From contig NW_024705308.1 in NCBI RefSeq assembly GCF_018977255.1, positions 1 through 55,373 of the forward strand: a stretch of DNA of 55,373 bases, given 5' to 3'. This document shows, in pieces, positions 1 to 10,710 of this stretch. The notes below the pieces were generated by a model. It saw nothing but the letters and a program-made list of their open reading frames with translations, searched no databases and had not been told where the DNA came from. Each line of letters opens with the position of its first letter. Position 1 is the stretch's first letter. Source of the DNA: Callorhinchus milii. Its lineage: Eukaryota. The position numbers and the translations under genes were made by a program.

Positions 1-251
1 TACTTGCGATGGTCAAAGTGCTGCTCCCATGAGTCCATCGCGCATAAAACAAGAACCGGAAGAAAATTACAACTTCGCTACGTGCCAGGAGTGTGGTGAA
101 GTGTGAAGAAGAGACAACGGTGAAGCGTGAAGGTCAGGGTTCGACTCCAGGTGGCGACCTCCTGGTGGATGGAGTCTGCGTGAAGCAGGAGGATGAAATA
201 GAGATTGTCGCTTGTGATGACCCCGTCGCTTCTGAAAAAGGGGTCATTTAG
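1..251 (+). pseudogene. Exon-like fragment encoding an acidic segment with repeated psi-K-x-E motifs (IKQE, VKCE, VKRE, VKQE); 1-nt frameshift near 90
   Basis: Frame 2 reads TCDGQSAAPMSPSRIKQEPEENYNFATCQE. Frame 3 from 93 reads VVKCEEETTVKREGQGSTPGGDLLVDGVCVKQEDEIEIVACDDPVASEKGVI, with a stop at 249-251. Such motifs are typical of linker regions in nuclear/zinc-finger proteins (inference). Truncated by the window start. Confidence 0.4.
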
Positions 252-487
252 CTTGGTCGGCATTAGCGGGGAAAAATAATGTGTTTAGTAAACTGGAAAA
301 GGACTTTGCCATATTCCAGGGATCCATTTGTGCGCCGTTTCTTTTTTTTGGGGGGGGACTTAAGATCGCGTAAATATAAGTATATATACTGTATACCTGG
401 TGCGGTTTGTAAACATTGCCCCCTAGGGAGACAAATGCGTTCAGCCGTATTGCTGGCCACCCACCCACTCACTAGTGTATAATGTAA

Positions 488-1338
488 CATAGAGACCCAT
501 AGGCTCACAAAGAGACCCATAGACTCATAACGCCAGACCAATAGATTCATCACGCAGATACCATAGACTAATCACACATACCCATAGACTCACACAGAGA
601 CCCATAGACTCAACAAAGAGACCCATAGACTCGTCACGCAGACCAATAGATTCATCACGCAGATACCCATAGACTAATCACACATACACATAGACTCACA
701 GAGCCATAGACTCGTCATACAGAGACCCATTATACTCAGAGACCCATAGACTCACAAAGAGACCCATAGACTCATAACGCAGACCAATAGATTCATCATT
801 TAGAGACCCATATACTCACAAAGAGACCCATAACTCGTCACGCAGATACCCATAGACTAATCACACAAATCCATAGACTCATCATTTAGAGACCCATAGA
901 CTCACGCAGAGCCATAGACTCGTCATACAGAGACCCATATACTCACAGACCCATAGACTCATACAGAGACCCATAGACTCACAAAGAGACCCATAGACTC
1001 ATAACGCAACCAATAGATTCATCACGCAGATATTCATAGACTAATCACACAAATCCATAGACTCATCATTTAGAGACCCATAGACTCAAGAGCCATAGAC
1101 TCGTCATACAGAGACCCATATACTCAGACCCATAGACTCATACAGAGACCCATAGGCTCACCACAGAGACCCATAGACTCATCATTTAGAGACCCATAGA
1201 CTCATACAGAGACCCATAGACTCACCACAGAGACCATCGACTCGTCACACAGAGACCCATAGATTCACAAACACCCATAGACACAAAGACCCGTAAACTC
1301 ATCATACAGAGACCCATAGACTCCCACAGAGACCCATT
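488..1338. repeat. Degenerate ~18-22 bp minisatellite with core (GAGA)CCCATAGACTCA
   Basis: Dozens of imperfect copies of cccatagactca followed by a short variable A/C-rich linker. Confidence 0.9.
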
Positions 1339-1454
1339 GTAATTTTCATAATTGCATTGTGAAAATTCGAAAGTTTTCAGAAATGTTGATTGTGCAATGT
1401 AATGTTAGATGTGTCATTACAAAAACGTGTTTGTTGTGTGTGTTATTATTGTTA

Positions 1455-1572
1455 TTTGAAGTTTTCGTGACTGCAAGAATCCATACTCTTTGGTTCTTTC
1501 AGTAAAGTCACGTTTCGGGCGCAACACATTTTATTTTATACCTACGTGACTACCGAAAGAACCAAAGAGTAT
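1455..1572. mobile_element. Collapsed fold-back remnant of the Penelope-like pLTR repeat family
   Basis: ttcgtgactgcaagaatccatactctttggttctttcagtaaagtcacgt ... acgtgactaccgaaagaaccaaagagtat forms inverted arms. The same sequence occurs at 21349-21685 and 52581-54020. Confidence 0.7.
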
Positions 1573-2111
1573 TATTGTTGTGATTTATATTCTTGACTAA
1601 TATGTATGTTTATGATTATTTTCGATTGTGCACAAAGTGTATCGCGACTTGTTACTGGCTCTCTAGTTGTCTAGGGGTTTGTATTGTCAATCGTGACGAC
1701 ATCGATGAATCTCGCTTCAACATTCAAACGCGGCGTGTCGGGCCCAGCACGCTGCCTGTAGAGCAGCCTGGGCAGCAGCTGCACGTGACCACACCCCCCC
1801 CCTCTACCCTGGCCTCTCCACCACATACAACGTCAAGTCACTGGGCTTAACCAACAACTTTTACAGCCTGTCGCTCGGGCACTCTATCGGTGTGCGACTC
1901 AAATCTCCACCTGTTCCACGTCTCAGCTCACAACTCTTAGCTCAGTGCAGTACGACTTCTCCAAGTCCTTACTCTGCAAGTGACTCGAAAATGAAAAAGC
2001 GTCGAAAACTTTCAGCGATACTTAAGTCTGCCTCGGCAAGAACTCAACTCTTAACTACTCGGCGCTTTTCTCCCGGCAAAGCTCAACTTATGGATGATTG
2101 CGAGAACTGTA

Positions 2112-2388
2112 CCTCAATGCACGTGATGAATGACGTCACAAAGCAACCCTTAAAGAACCTCAATGCACGTGATGAATGACGTCACAAAGCAGCCCTTAAA
2201 GAGCCTCAATGCACGTGGTGAATGACGTCACAAAGCAACCCTTAAAGGGCCTCAATGCACGTGATGAATGATGTCACAAAGCAGCCCTTAAAGAGCCTCA
2301 ATGCACGTGATGAATGACGTCACAAAGCAGCCCTTAAAGGGCCTCAATGCACGTGATGAATGACGTCACAAAGCAGCCCTTAAAGGGC
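2112..2388. repeat. 46-bp tandem repeat x6; each unit has an E-box (CACGTG) and, in 5 of 6 units, a perfect CRE (TGACGTCA)
   Basis: Unit cctcaatgcacgtgatgaatgacgtcacaaagcagcccttaaagag starts at 2112, 2158, 2204, 2250, 2296 and 2342. Confidence 0.95.
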
Positions 2389-2479
2389 CGCATGCGGCTC
2401 CGACGCATCAGGCTGCCAACCCCCTGGGTCTTGTCAATTGCAGCCTGCGGAATTGTACGTCTTGGTCATGTGACTTACT

Positions 2480-2762
2480 AACTGTTTACTATATATTTCA
2501 CCAGGCAAGGCCCACTGAGATAGAGAGCTCTTTTTTCCGAAAGCGACCTCGCCGAATGAGGTGGCTTGTCACGTGGACTTCTATAGCAGCGGCCAATGCA
2601 CATGGAGGGAAAAGCCGGAGGGTGCCGGGAAAAAAATCCACACAACCATGGGGAGAGAGATGCGCAAACTCCAAATATACAGCAGCAGGCGTCGCCAGGG
2701 TCGAGATCAAACCCACGACCTCCTGTACACCAGGCGAGGTAATCAACATCTGCTAGCCACCA
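2480..2762 (-). mobile_element. tRNA-derived SINE, V-SINE-like
   Basis: The minus strand has a tRNA-like head (GGTGGCTAGCAGATG...GGTCGTGGGTTTGATCTC), then a V-domain-like core (TTGGAGTTTGCGCATCTCTCTCCCCATGGTTGTGTGGATTTTTT..CCGGCACCCTCCGGCTTTTCCCTCCA). Related copies lie at 45391 (+) and 54800 (-). Confidence 0.75.
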
Positions 2763-3188
2763 TGATGATGAGAGACACTCAAACTCCAAACATACAGTAG
2801 CAGGCGTCGTCAGGGTCGAGATCAAACCCACGACCTCCTGTACACCAGGCGAGGTAATCAACATCTGCTAGCCACCATGATGATGAGAGACACTCAAACT
2901 CCAAACATACAGCAGCAGGCGTCGTCAGGGTCGAGATCAAACCCACGACCTCCTGTACACCAGGCGAGGTAATCAACATCTGCTAGCCACCATGATGATG
3001 AGAGACACTCAAACTCCAAACATACAGCAGCAGGCGTCGTCAGGGTCGAGATCAAACCCACGACCTCCTGTACACCAGGCGAGTAGTCAACATCTGCTAG
3101 CCACCATGATGATGAAGACACTCAAACTCCAAACATACAGCAGCAGGCGTCGTCAGGTCGGGAGATCAAACCCACGACCTCCTGTACC
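2666..3188 (-). repeat. 115-bp tandem repeat (~4.5 copies) of the SINE 5' head
   Basis: aaactccaaa recurs at 2666, 2781, 2896, 3011 and 3124. Confidence 0.9.
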
Positions 3189-6100
3189 AACATCTCTCAG
3201 TGTCTGGGATTGAACCCACGACCTCCTGTGTACCAGGCGAGGTAGTCAACATCTCTCAGTGTCTGGGATTGAACCCACGACCTCCTGTAGACCAGGCGAG
3301 GTAGTCAACATCTCTCAGTGTCTGGGATTGAACCCACGACCTCCTGTAGACCAGGCGAGGTAGTCAACATCTCTCAGTGTCTGGGATTGAACCCACGACC
3401 TCCTGTAGACCAGGCGAGGTAGTCAACATCTCTCAGTGTCTGGGATTGAACCCACGACCTCCTGTAGACCAGGCGAGGTAGTCAACATCTCTCAGTGTCT
3501 GGGATTGAACCCACGACCTCCTGTAGACCAGGCGAGGTAGTCAACATCTCTCAGTGTCTGGGATTGAACCCACGACCTCCTGTAGACCAGGCGAGGTAGT
3601 CAACATCTCTCAGTGTCTGGGATTGAACCCACGACCTCCTGTAGACCAGGCGAGGTAGTCAACATCTCTCAGTGTCTGGGATTGAACCCACGACCTCCTG
3701 TAGACCAGGCGAGGTAGTCAACATCTCTCAGTGTCTGGGATTGAACCCACGACCTCCTGTAGACCAGGCGAGGTAGTCAACATCTCTCAGTGTCTGGGAT
3801 TGAACCCACGACCTCCTGTAGACCAGGCGAGGTAGTCAACATCTCTCAGTGTCTGGGATTGAACCCACGACCTCCTGTAGACCAGGCGAGGTAGTCAACA
3901 TCTCTCAGTGTCTGGGATTGAACCCACGACCTCCTGTAGACCAGGCGAGGTAGTCAACATCTCTCAGTGTCTGGGATTGAACCCACGACCTCCTGTAGAC
4001 CAGGCGAGGTAGTCAACATCTCTCAGTGTCTGGGATTGAACCCACGACCTCCTGTAGACCAGGCGAGGTAGTCAACATCTCTCAGTGTCTGGGATTGAAC
4101 CCACGACCTCCTGTAGACCAGGCGAGGTAGTCAACATCTCTCAGTGTCTGGGATTGAACCCACGACCTCCTGTAGACCAGGCGAGGTAGTCAACATCTCT
4201 CAGTGTCTGGGATTGAACCCACGACCTCCTGTAGACCAGGCGAGGTAGTCAACATCTCTCAGTGTCTGGGATTGAACCCACGACCTCCTGTAGACCAGGC
4301 GAGGTAGTCAACATCTCTCAGTGTCTGGGATTGAACCCACGACCTCCTGTAGACCAGGCGAGGTAGTCAACATCTCTCAGTGTCTGGGATTGAACCCACG
4401 ACCTCCTGTAGACCAGGCGAGGTAGTCAACATCTCTCAGTGTCTGGGATTGAACCCACGACCTCCTGTAGACCAGGCGAGGTAGTCAACATCTCTCAGTG
4501 TCTGGGATTGAACCCACGACCTCCTGTAGACCAGGCGAGGTAGTCAACATCTCTCAGTGTCTGGGATTGAACCCACGACCTCCTGTAGACCAGGCGAGGT
4601 AGTCAACATCTCTCAGTGTCTGGGATTGAACCCACGACCTCCTGTAGACCAGGCGAGGTAGTCAACATCTCTCAGTGTCTGGGATTGAACCCACGACCTC
4701 CTGTAGACCAGGCGAGGTAGTCAACATCTCTCAGTGTCTGGGATTGAACCCACGACCTCCTGTAGACCAGGCGAGGTAGTCAACATCTCTCAGTGTCTGG
4801 GATTGAACCCACGACCTCCTGTAGACCAGGCGAGGTAGTCAACATCTCTCAGTGTCTGGGATTGAACCCACGACCTCCTGTAGACCAGGCGAGGTAGTCA
4901 ACATCTCTCAGTGTCTGGGATTGAACCCACGACCTCCTGTAGACCAGGCGAGGTAGTCAACATCTCTCAGTGTCTGGGATTGAACCCACGACCTCCTGTA
5001 GACCAGGCGAGGTAGTCAACATCTCTCAGTGTCTGGGATTGAACCCACGACCTCCTGTAGACCAGGCGAGGTAGTCAACATCTCTCAGTGTCTGGGATTG
5101 AACCCACGACCTCCTGTAGACCAGGCGAGGTAGTCAACATCTCTCAGTGTCTGGGATTGAACCCACGACCTCCTGTAGACCAGGCGAGGTAGTCAACATC
5201 TCTCAGTGTCTGGGATTGAACCCACGACCTCCTGTAGACCAGGCGAGGTAGTCAACATCTCTCAGTGTCTGGGATTGAACCCACGACCTCCTGTAGACCA
5301 GGCGAGGTAGTCAACATCTCTCAGTGTCTGGGATTGAACCCACGACCTCCTGTAGACCAGGCGAGGTAGTCAACATCTCTCAGTGTCTGGGATTGAACCC
5401 ACGACCTCCTGTAGACCAGGCGAGGTAGTCAACATCTCTCAGTGTCTGGGATTGAACCCACGACCTCCTGTAGACCAGGCGAGGTAGTCAACATCTCTCA
5501 GTGTCTGGGATTGAACCCACGACCTCCTGTAGACCAGGCGAGGTAGTCAACATCTCTCAGTGTCTGGGATTGAACCCACGACCTCCTGTAGACCAGGCGA
5601 GGTAGTCAACATCTCTCAGTGTCTGGGATTGAACCCACGACCTCCTGTAGACCAGGCGAGGTAGTCAACATCTCTCAGTGTCTGGGATTGAACCCACGAC
5701 CTCCTGTAGACCAGGCGAGGTAGTCAACATCTCTCAGTGTCTGGGATTGAACCCACGACCTCCTGTAGACCAGGCGAGGTAGTCAACATCTCTCAGTGTC
5801 TGGGATTGAACCCACGACCTCCTGTAGACCAGGCGAGGTAGTCAACATCTCTCAGTGTCTGGGATTGAACCCACGACCTCCTGTAGACCAGGCGAGGTAG
5901 TCAACATCTCTCAGTGTCTGGGATTGAACCCACGACCTCCTGTAGACCAGGCGAGGTAGTCAACATCTCTCAGTGTCTGGGATTGAACCCACGACCTCCT
6001 GTAGACCAGGCGAGGTAGTCAACATCTCTCAGTGTCTGGGATTGAACCCACGACCTCCTGTAGACCAGGCGAGGTAGTCAACATCTCTCAGTGTCTGGGA

Positions 6101-9100
6101 TTGAACCCACGACCTCCTGTAGACCAGGCGAGGTAGTCAACATCTCTCAGTGTCTGGGATTGAACCCACGACCTCCTGTAGACCAGGCGAGGTAGTCAAC
6201 ATCTCTCAGTGTCTGGGATTGAACCCACGACCTCCTGTAGACCAGGCGAGGTAGTCAACATCTCTCAGTGTCTGGGATTGAACCCACGACCTCCTGTAGA
6301 CCAGGCGAGGTAGTCAACATCTCTCAGTGTCTGGGATTGAACCCACGACCTCCTGTAGACCAGGCGAGGTAGTCAACATCTCTCAGTGTCTGGGATTGAA
6401 CCCACGACCTCCTGTAGACCAGGCGAGGTAGTCAACATCTCTCAGTGTCTGGGATTGAACCCACGACCTCCTGTAGACCAGGCGAGGTAGTCAACATCTC
6501 TCAGTGTCTGGGATTGAACCCACGACCTCCTGTAGACCAGGCGAGGTAGTCAACATCTCTCAGTGTCTGGGATTGAACCCACGACCTCCTGTAGACCAGG
6601 CGAGGTAGTCAACATCTCTCAGTGTCTGGGATTGAACCCACGACCTCCTGTAGACCAGGCGAGGTAGTCAACATCTCTCAGTGTCTGGGATTGAACCCAC
6701 GACCTCCTGTAGACCAGGCGAGGTAGTCAACATCTCTCAGTGTCTGGGATTGAACCCACGACCTCCTGTAGACCAGGCGAGGTAGTCAACATCTCTCAGT
6801 GTCTGGGATTGAACCCACGACCTCCTGTAGACCAGGCGAGGTAGTCAACATCTCTCAGTGTCTGGGATTGAACCCACGACCTCCTGTAGACCAGGCGAGG
6901 TAGTCAACATCTCTCAGTGTCTGGGATTGAACCCACGACCTCCTGTAGACCAGGCGAGGTAGTCAACATCTCTCAGTGTCTGGGATTGAACCCACGACCT
7001 CCTGTAGACCAGGCGAGGTAGTCAACATCTCTCAGTGTCTGGGATTGAACCCACGACCTCCTGTAGACCAGGCGAGGTAGTCAACATCTCTCAGTGTCTG
7101 GGATTGAACCCACGACCTCCTGTAGACCAGGCGAGGTAGTCAACATCTCTCAGTGTCTGGGATTGAACCCACGACCTCCTGTAGACCAGGCGAGGTAGTC
7201 AACATCTCTCAGTGTCTGGGATTGAACCCACGACCTCCTGTAGACCAGGCGAGGTAGTCAACATCTCTCAGTGTCTGGGATTGAACCCACGACCTCCTGT
7301 AGACCAGGCGAGGTAGTCAACATCTCTCAGTGTCTGGGATTGAACCCACGACCTCCTGTAGACCAGGCGAGGTAGTCAACATCTCTCAGTGTCTGGGATT
7401 GAACCCACGACCTCCTGTAGACCAGGCGAGGTAGTCAACATCTCTCAGTGTCTGGGATTGAACCCACGACCTCCTGTAGACCAGGCGAGGTAGTCAACAT
7501 CTCTCAGTGTCTGGGATTGAACCCACGACCTCCTGTAGACCAGGCGAGGTAGTCAACATCTCTCAGTGTCTGGGATTGAACCCACGACCTCCTGTAGACC
7601 AGGCGAGGTAGTCAACATCTCTCAGTGTCTGGGATTGAACCCACGACCTCCTGTAGACCAGGCGAGGTAGTCAACATCTCTCAGTGTCTGGGATTGAACC
7701 CACGACCTCCTGTAGACCAGGCGAGGTAGTCAACATCTCTCAGTGTCTGGGATTGAACCCACGACCTCCTGTAGACCAGGCGAGGTAGTCAACATCTCTC
7801 AGTGTCTGGGATTGAACCCACGACCTCCTGTAGACCAGGCGAGGTAGTCAACATCTCTCAGTGTCTGGGATTGAACCCACGACCTCCTGTAGACCAGGCG
7901 AGGTAGTCAACATCTCTCAGTGTCTGGGATTGAACCCACGACCTCCTGTAGACCAGGCGAGGTAGTCAACATCTCTCAGTGTCTGGGATTGAACCCACGA
8001 CCTCCTGTAGACCAGGCGAGGTAGTCAACATCTCTCAGTGTCTGGGATTGAACCCACGACCTCCTGTAGACCAGGCGAGGTAGTCAACATCTCTCAGTGT
8101 CTGGGATTGAACCCACGACCTCCTGTAGACCAGGCGAGGTAGTCAACATCTCTCAGTGTCTGGGATTGAACCCACGACCTCCTGTAGACCAGGCGAGGTA
8201 GTCAACATCTCTCAGTGTCTGGGATTGAACCCACGACCTCCTGTAGACCAGGCGAGGTAGTCAACATCTCTCAGTGTCTGGGATTGAACCCACGACCTCC
8301 TGTAGACCAGGCGAGGTAGTCAACATCTCTCAGTGTCTGGGATTGAACCCACGACCTCCTGTAGACCAGGCGAGGTAGTCAACATCTCTCAGTGTCTGGG
8401 ATTGAACCCACGACCTCCTGTAGACCAGGCGAGGTAGTCAACATCTCTCAGTGTCTGGGATTGAACCCACGACCTCCTGTAGACCAGGCGAGGTAGTCAA
8501 CATCTCTCAGTGTCTGGGATTGAACCCACGACCTCCTGTAGACCAGGCGAGGTAGTCAACATCTCTCAGTGTCTGGGATTGAACCCACGACCTCCTGTAG
8601 ACCAGGCGAGGTAGTCAACATCTCTCAGTGTCTGGGATTGAACCCACGACCTCCTGTAGACCAGGCGAGGTAGTCAACATCTCTCAGTGTCTGGGATTGA
8701 ACCCACGACCTCCTGTAGACCAGGCGAGGTAGTCAACATCTCTCAGTGTCTGGGATTGAACCCACGACCTCCTGTAGACCAGGCGAGGTAGTCAACATCT
8801 CTCAGTGTCTGGGATTGAACCCACGACCTCCTGTAGACCAGGCGAGGTAGTCAACATCTCTCAGTGTCTGGGATTGAACCCACGACCTCCTGTAGACCAG
8901 GCGAGGTAGTCAACATCTCTCAGTGTCTGGGATTGAACCCACGACCTCCTGTAGACCAGGCGAGGTAGTCAACATCTCTCAGTGTCTGGGATTGAACCCA
9001 CGACCTCCTGTAGACCAGGCGAGGTAGTCAACATCTCTCAGTGTCTGGGATTGAACCCACGACCTCCTGTAGACCAGGCGAGGTAGTCAACATCTCTCAG

Positions 9101-10275
9101 TGTCTGGGATTGAACCCACGACCTCCTGTAGACCAGGCGAGGTAGTCAACATCTCTCAGTGTCTGGGATTGAACCCACGACCTCCTGTAGACCAGGCGAG
9201 GTAGTCAACATCTCTCAGTGTCTGGGATTGAACCCACGACCTCCTGTAGACCAGGCGAGGTAGTCAACATCTCTCAGTGTCTGGGATTGAACCCACGACC
9301 TCCTGTAGACCAGGCGAGGTAGTCAACATCTCTCAGTGTCTGGGATTGAACCCACGACCTCCTGTAGACCAGGCGAGGTAGTCAACATCTCTCAGTGTCT
9401 GGGATTGAACCCACGACCTCCTGTAGACCAGGCGAGGTAGTCAACATCTCTCAGTGTCTGGGATTGAACCCACGACCTCCTGTAGACCAGGCGAGGTAGT
9501 CAACATCTCTCAGTGTCTGGGATTGAACCCACGACCTCCTGTAGACCAGGCGAGGTAGTCAACATCTCTCAGTGTCTGGGATTGAACCCACGACCTCCTG
9601 TAGACCAGGCGAGGTAGTCAACATCTCTCAGTGTCTGGGATTGAACCCACGACCTCCTGTAGACCAGGCGAGGTAGTCAACATCTCTCAGTGTCTGGGAT
9701 TGAACCCACGACCTCCTGTAGACCAGGCGAGGTAGTCAACATCTCTCAGTGTCTGGGATTGAACCCACGACCTCCTGTAGACCAGGCGAGGTAGTCAACA
9801 TCTCTCAGTGTCTGGGATTGAACCCACGACCTCCTGTAGACCAGGCGAGGTAGTCAACATCTCTCAGTGTCTGGGATTGAACCCACGACCTCCTGTAGAC
9901 CAGGCGAGGTAGTCAACATCTCTCAGTGTCTGGGATTGAACCCACGACCTCCTGTAGACCAGGCGAGGTAGTCAACATCTCTCAGTGTCTGGGATTGAAC
10001 CCACGACCTCCTGTAGACCAGGCGAGGTAGTCAACATCTCTCAGTGTCTGGGATTGAACCCACGACCTCCTGTAGACCAGGCGAGGTAGTCAACATCTCT
10101 CAGTGTCTGGGATTGAACCCACGACCTCCTGTAGACCAGGCGAGGTAGTCAACATCTCTCAGTGTCTGGGATTGAACCCACGACCTCCTGTAGACCAGGC
10201 GAGGTAGTCAACATCTCTCAGTGTCTGGGATTGAACCCACGACCTCCTATAGACCAGGCGAGGGAGTCAACATCT
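3189..10275. repeat. Homogeneous 59-bp satellite, ~120 copies, derived from the SINE tRNA-like head; each unit has a Pol III B-box (GGTTCAATCCC) on the minus strand
   Basis: Unit aacatctctcagtgtctgggattgaacccacgacctcctgtagaccaggcgaggtagtc shifts 1 nt per 60-nt line. It shares acccacgacctcctgta.accaggcgaggta.tcaacatct with the upstream SINE. Confidence 0.97.
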
Positions 10276-10508
10276 ACCAACTACGGAATCTCATTTGGGT
10301 CAATTTTTTGCACCTTATACGGTATAAGATTTCTGATATTCCCGCGTTTTTTTACATAACCAATAAATGTTTTACTTTATTTATGTAGATCGCTACGAAT
10401 GCCAATGCGAGTGTTTAGTGTTGATGGCGAGTTTTAGTAATTAGTTGTACGTACGGTAAAAAATTAAAGTTTTTCTCTAAAAAAATAAAATCTCTCTCTC
10501 CGCCTTGG

Positions 10509-10635
10509 AGCCAATCACAGTTGAGTGTCTCGCCTGTCATGTGACGCGTCGGTTTGTTTTCCCGCCAAATTTTCTGGCTCCTCCCCCTCTTCGCTGGCGG
10601 CCATTTTAGAGTCGTGTGGGGGACAAGATGGCGGC
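10509..10635 (+). promoter_or_regulatory. Pol II promoter/5'UTR with a CCAAT box, E-box-like GTCATGTGAC, E2F site and two YY1 motifs
   Basis: AGCCAATCA 10509-10517; GTCATGTGAC 10536-10545; TTTTCCCGCCAAA 10557-10569; GCGGCCATTTT 10597-10607; CAAGATGGCGGC 10624-10635. Confidence 0.7.
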
Positions 10636-10662
10636 CTCGACCATGACGGCGATTCGCCAGCG
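10628..10662 (+). CDS. Putative first coding exon (MAASTMTAIRQR...) of an unidentified gene
   Basis: Strong-context ATG (AAGATGG) directly after the promoter motifs, with a possible donor CG|GTCAGT at 10663. The downstream sequence is lost in the gap. Confidence 0.35.
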
Positions 10663-10680
10663 GTCAGTGGCCACCACTAT

Positions 10681-10710
10681 NNNNNNNNNNNNNNNNNNNN
10701 NNNNNNNNNN
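10681..10710. other. Assembly gap (30 N)
   Basis: 30 consecutive N. Confidence 1.

Noticed and set aside
488..1338. Repeat-spacer (CRISPR-like) pattern
   Set aside because: The 'spacers' are 6-10 nt and related to one another, so this is a degenerate minisatellite.
3189..10275. CRISPR-like array or tRNA gene cluster
   Set aside because: The units are identical with no unique spacers and no cas genes. The 59-bp unit lacks an acceptor stem and a complete D-arm.
10628..10662. Assigning a gene name to MAASTMTAIRQR
   Set aside because: Twelve residues are too few to identify the gene reliably.
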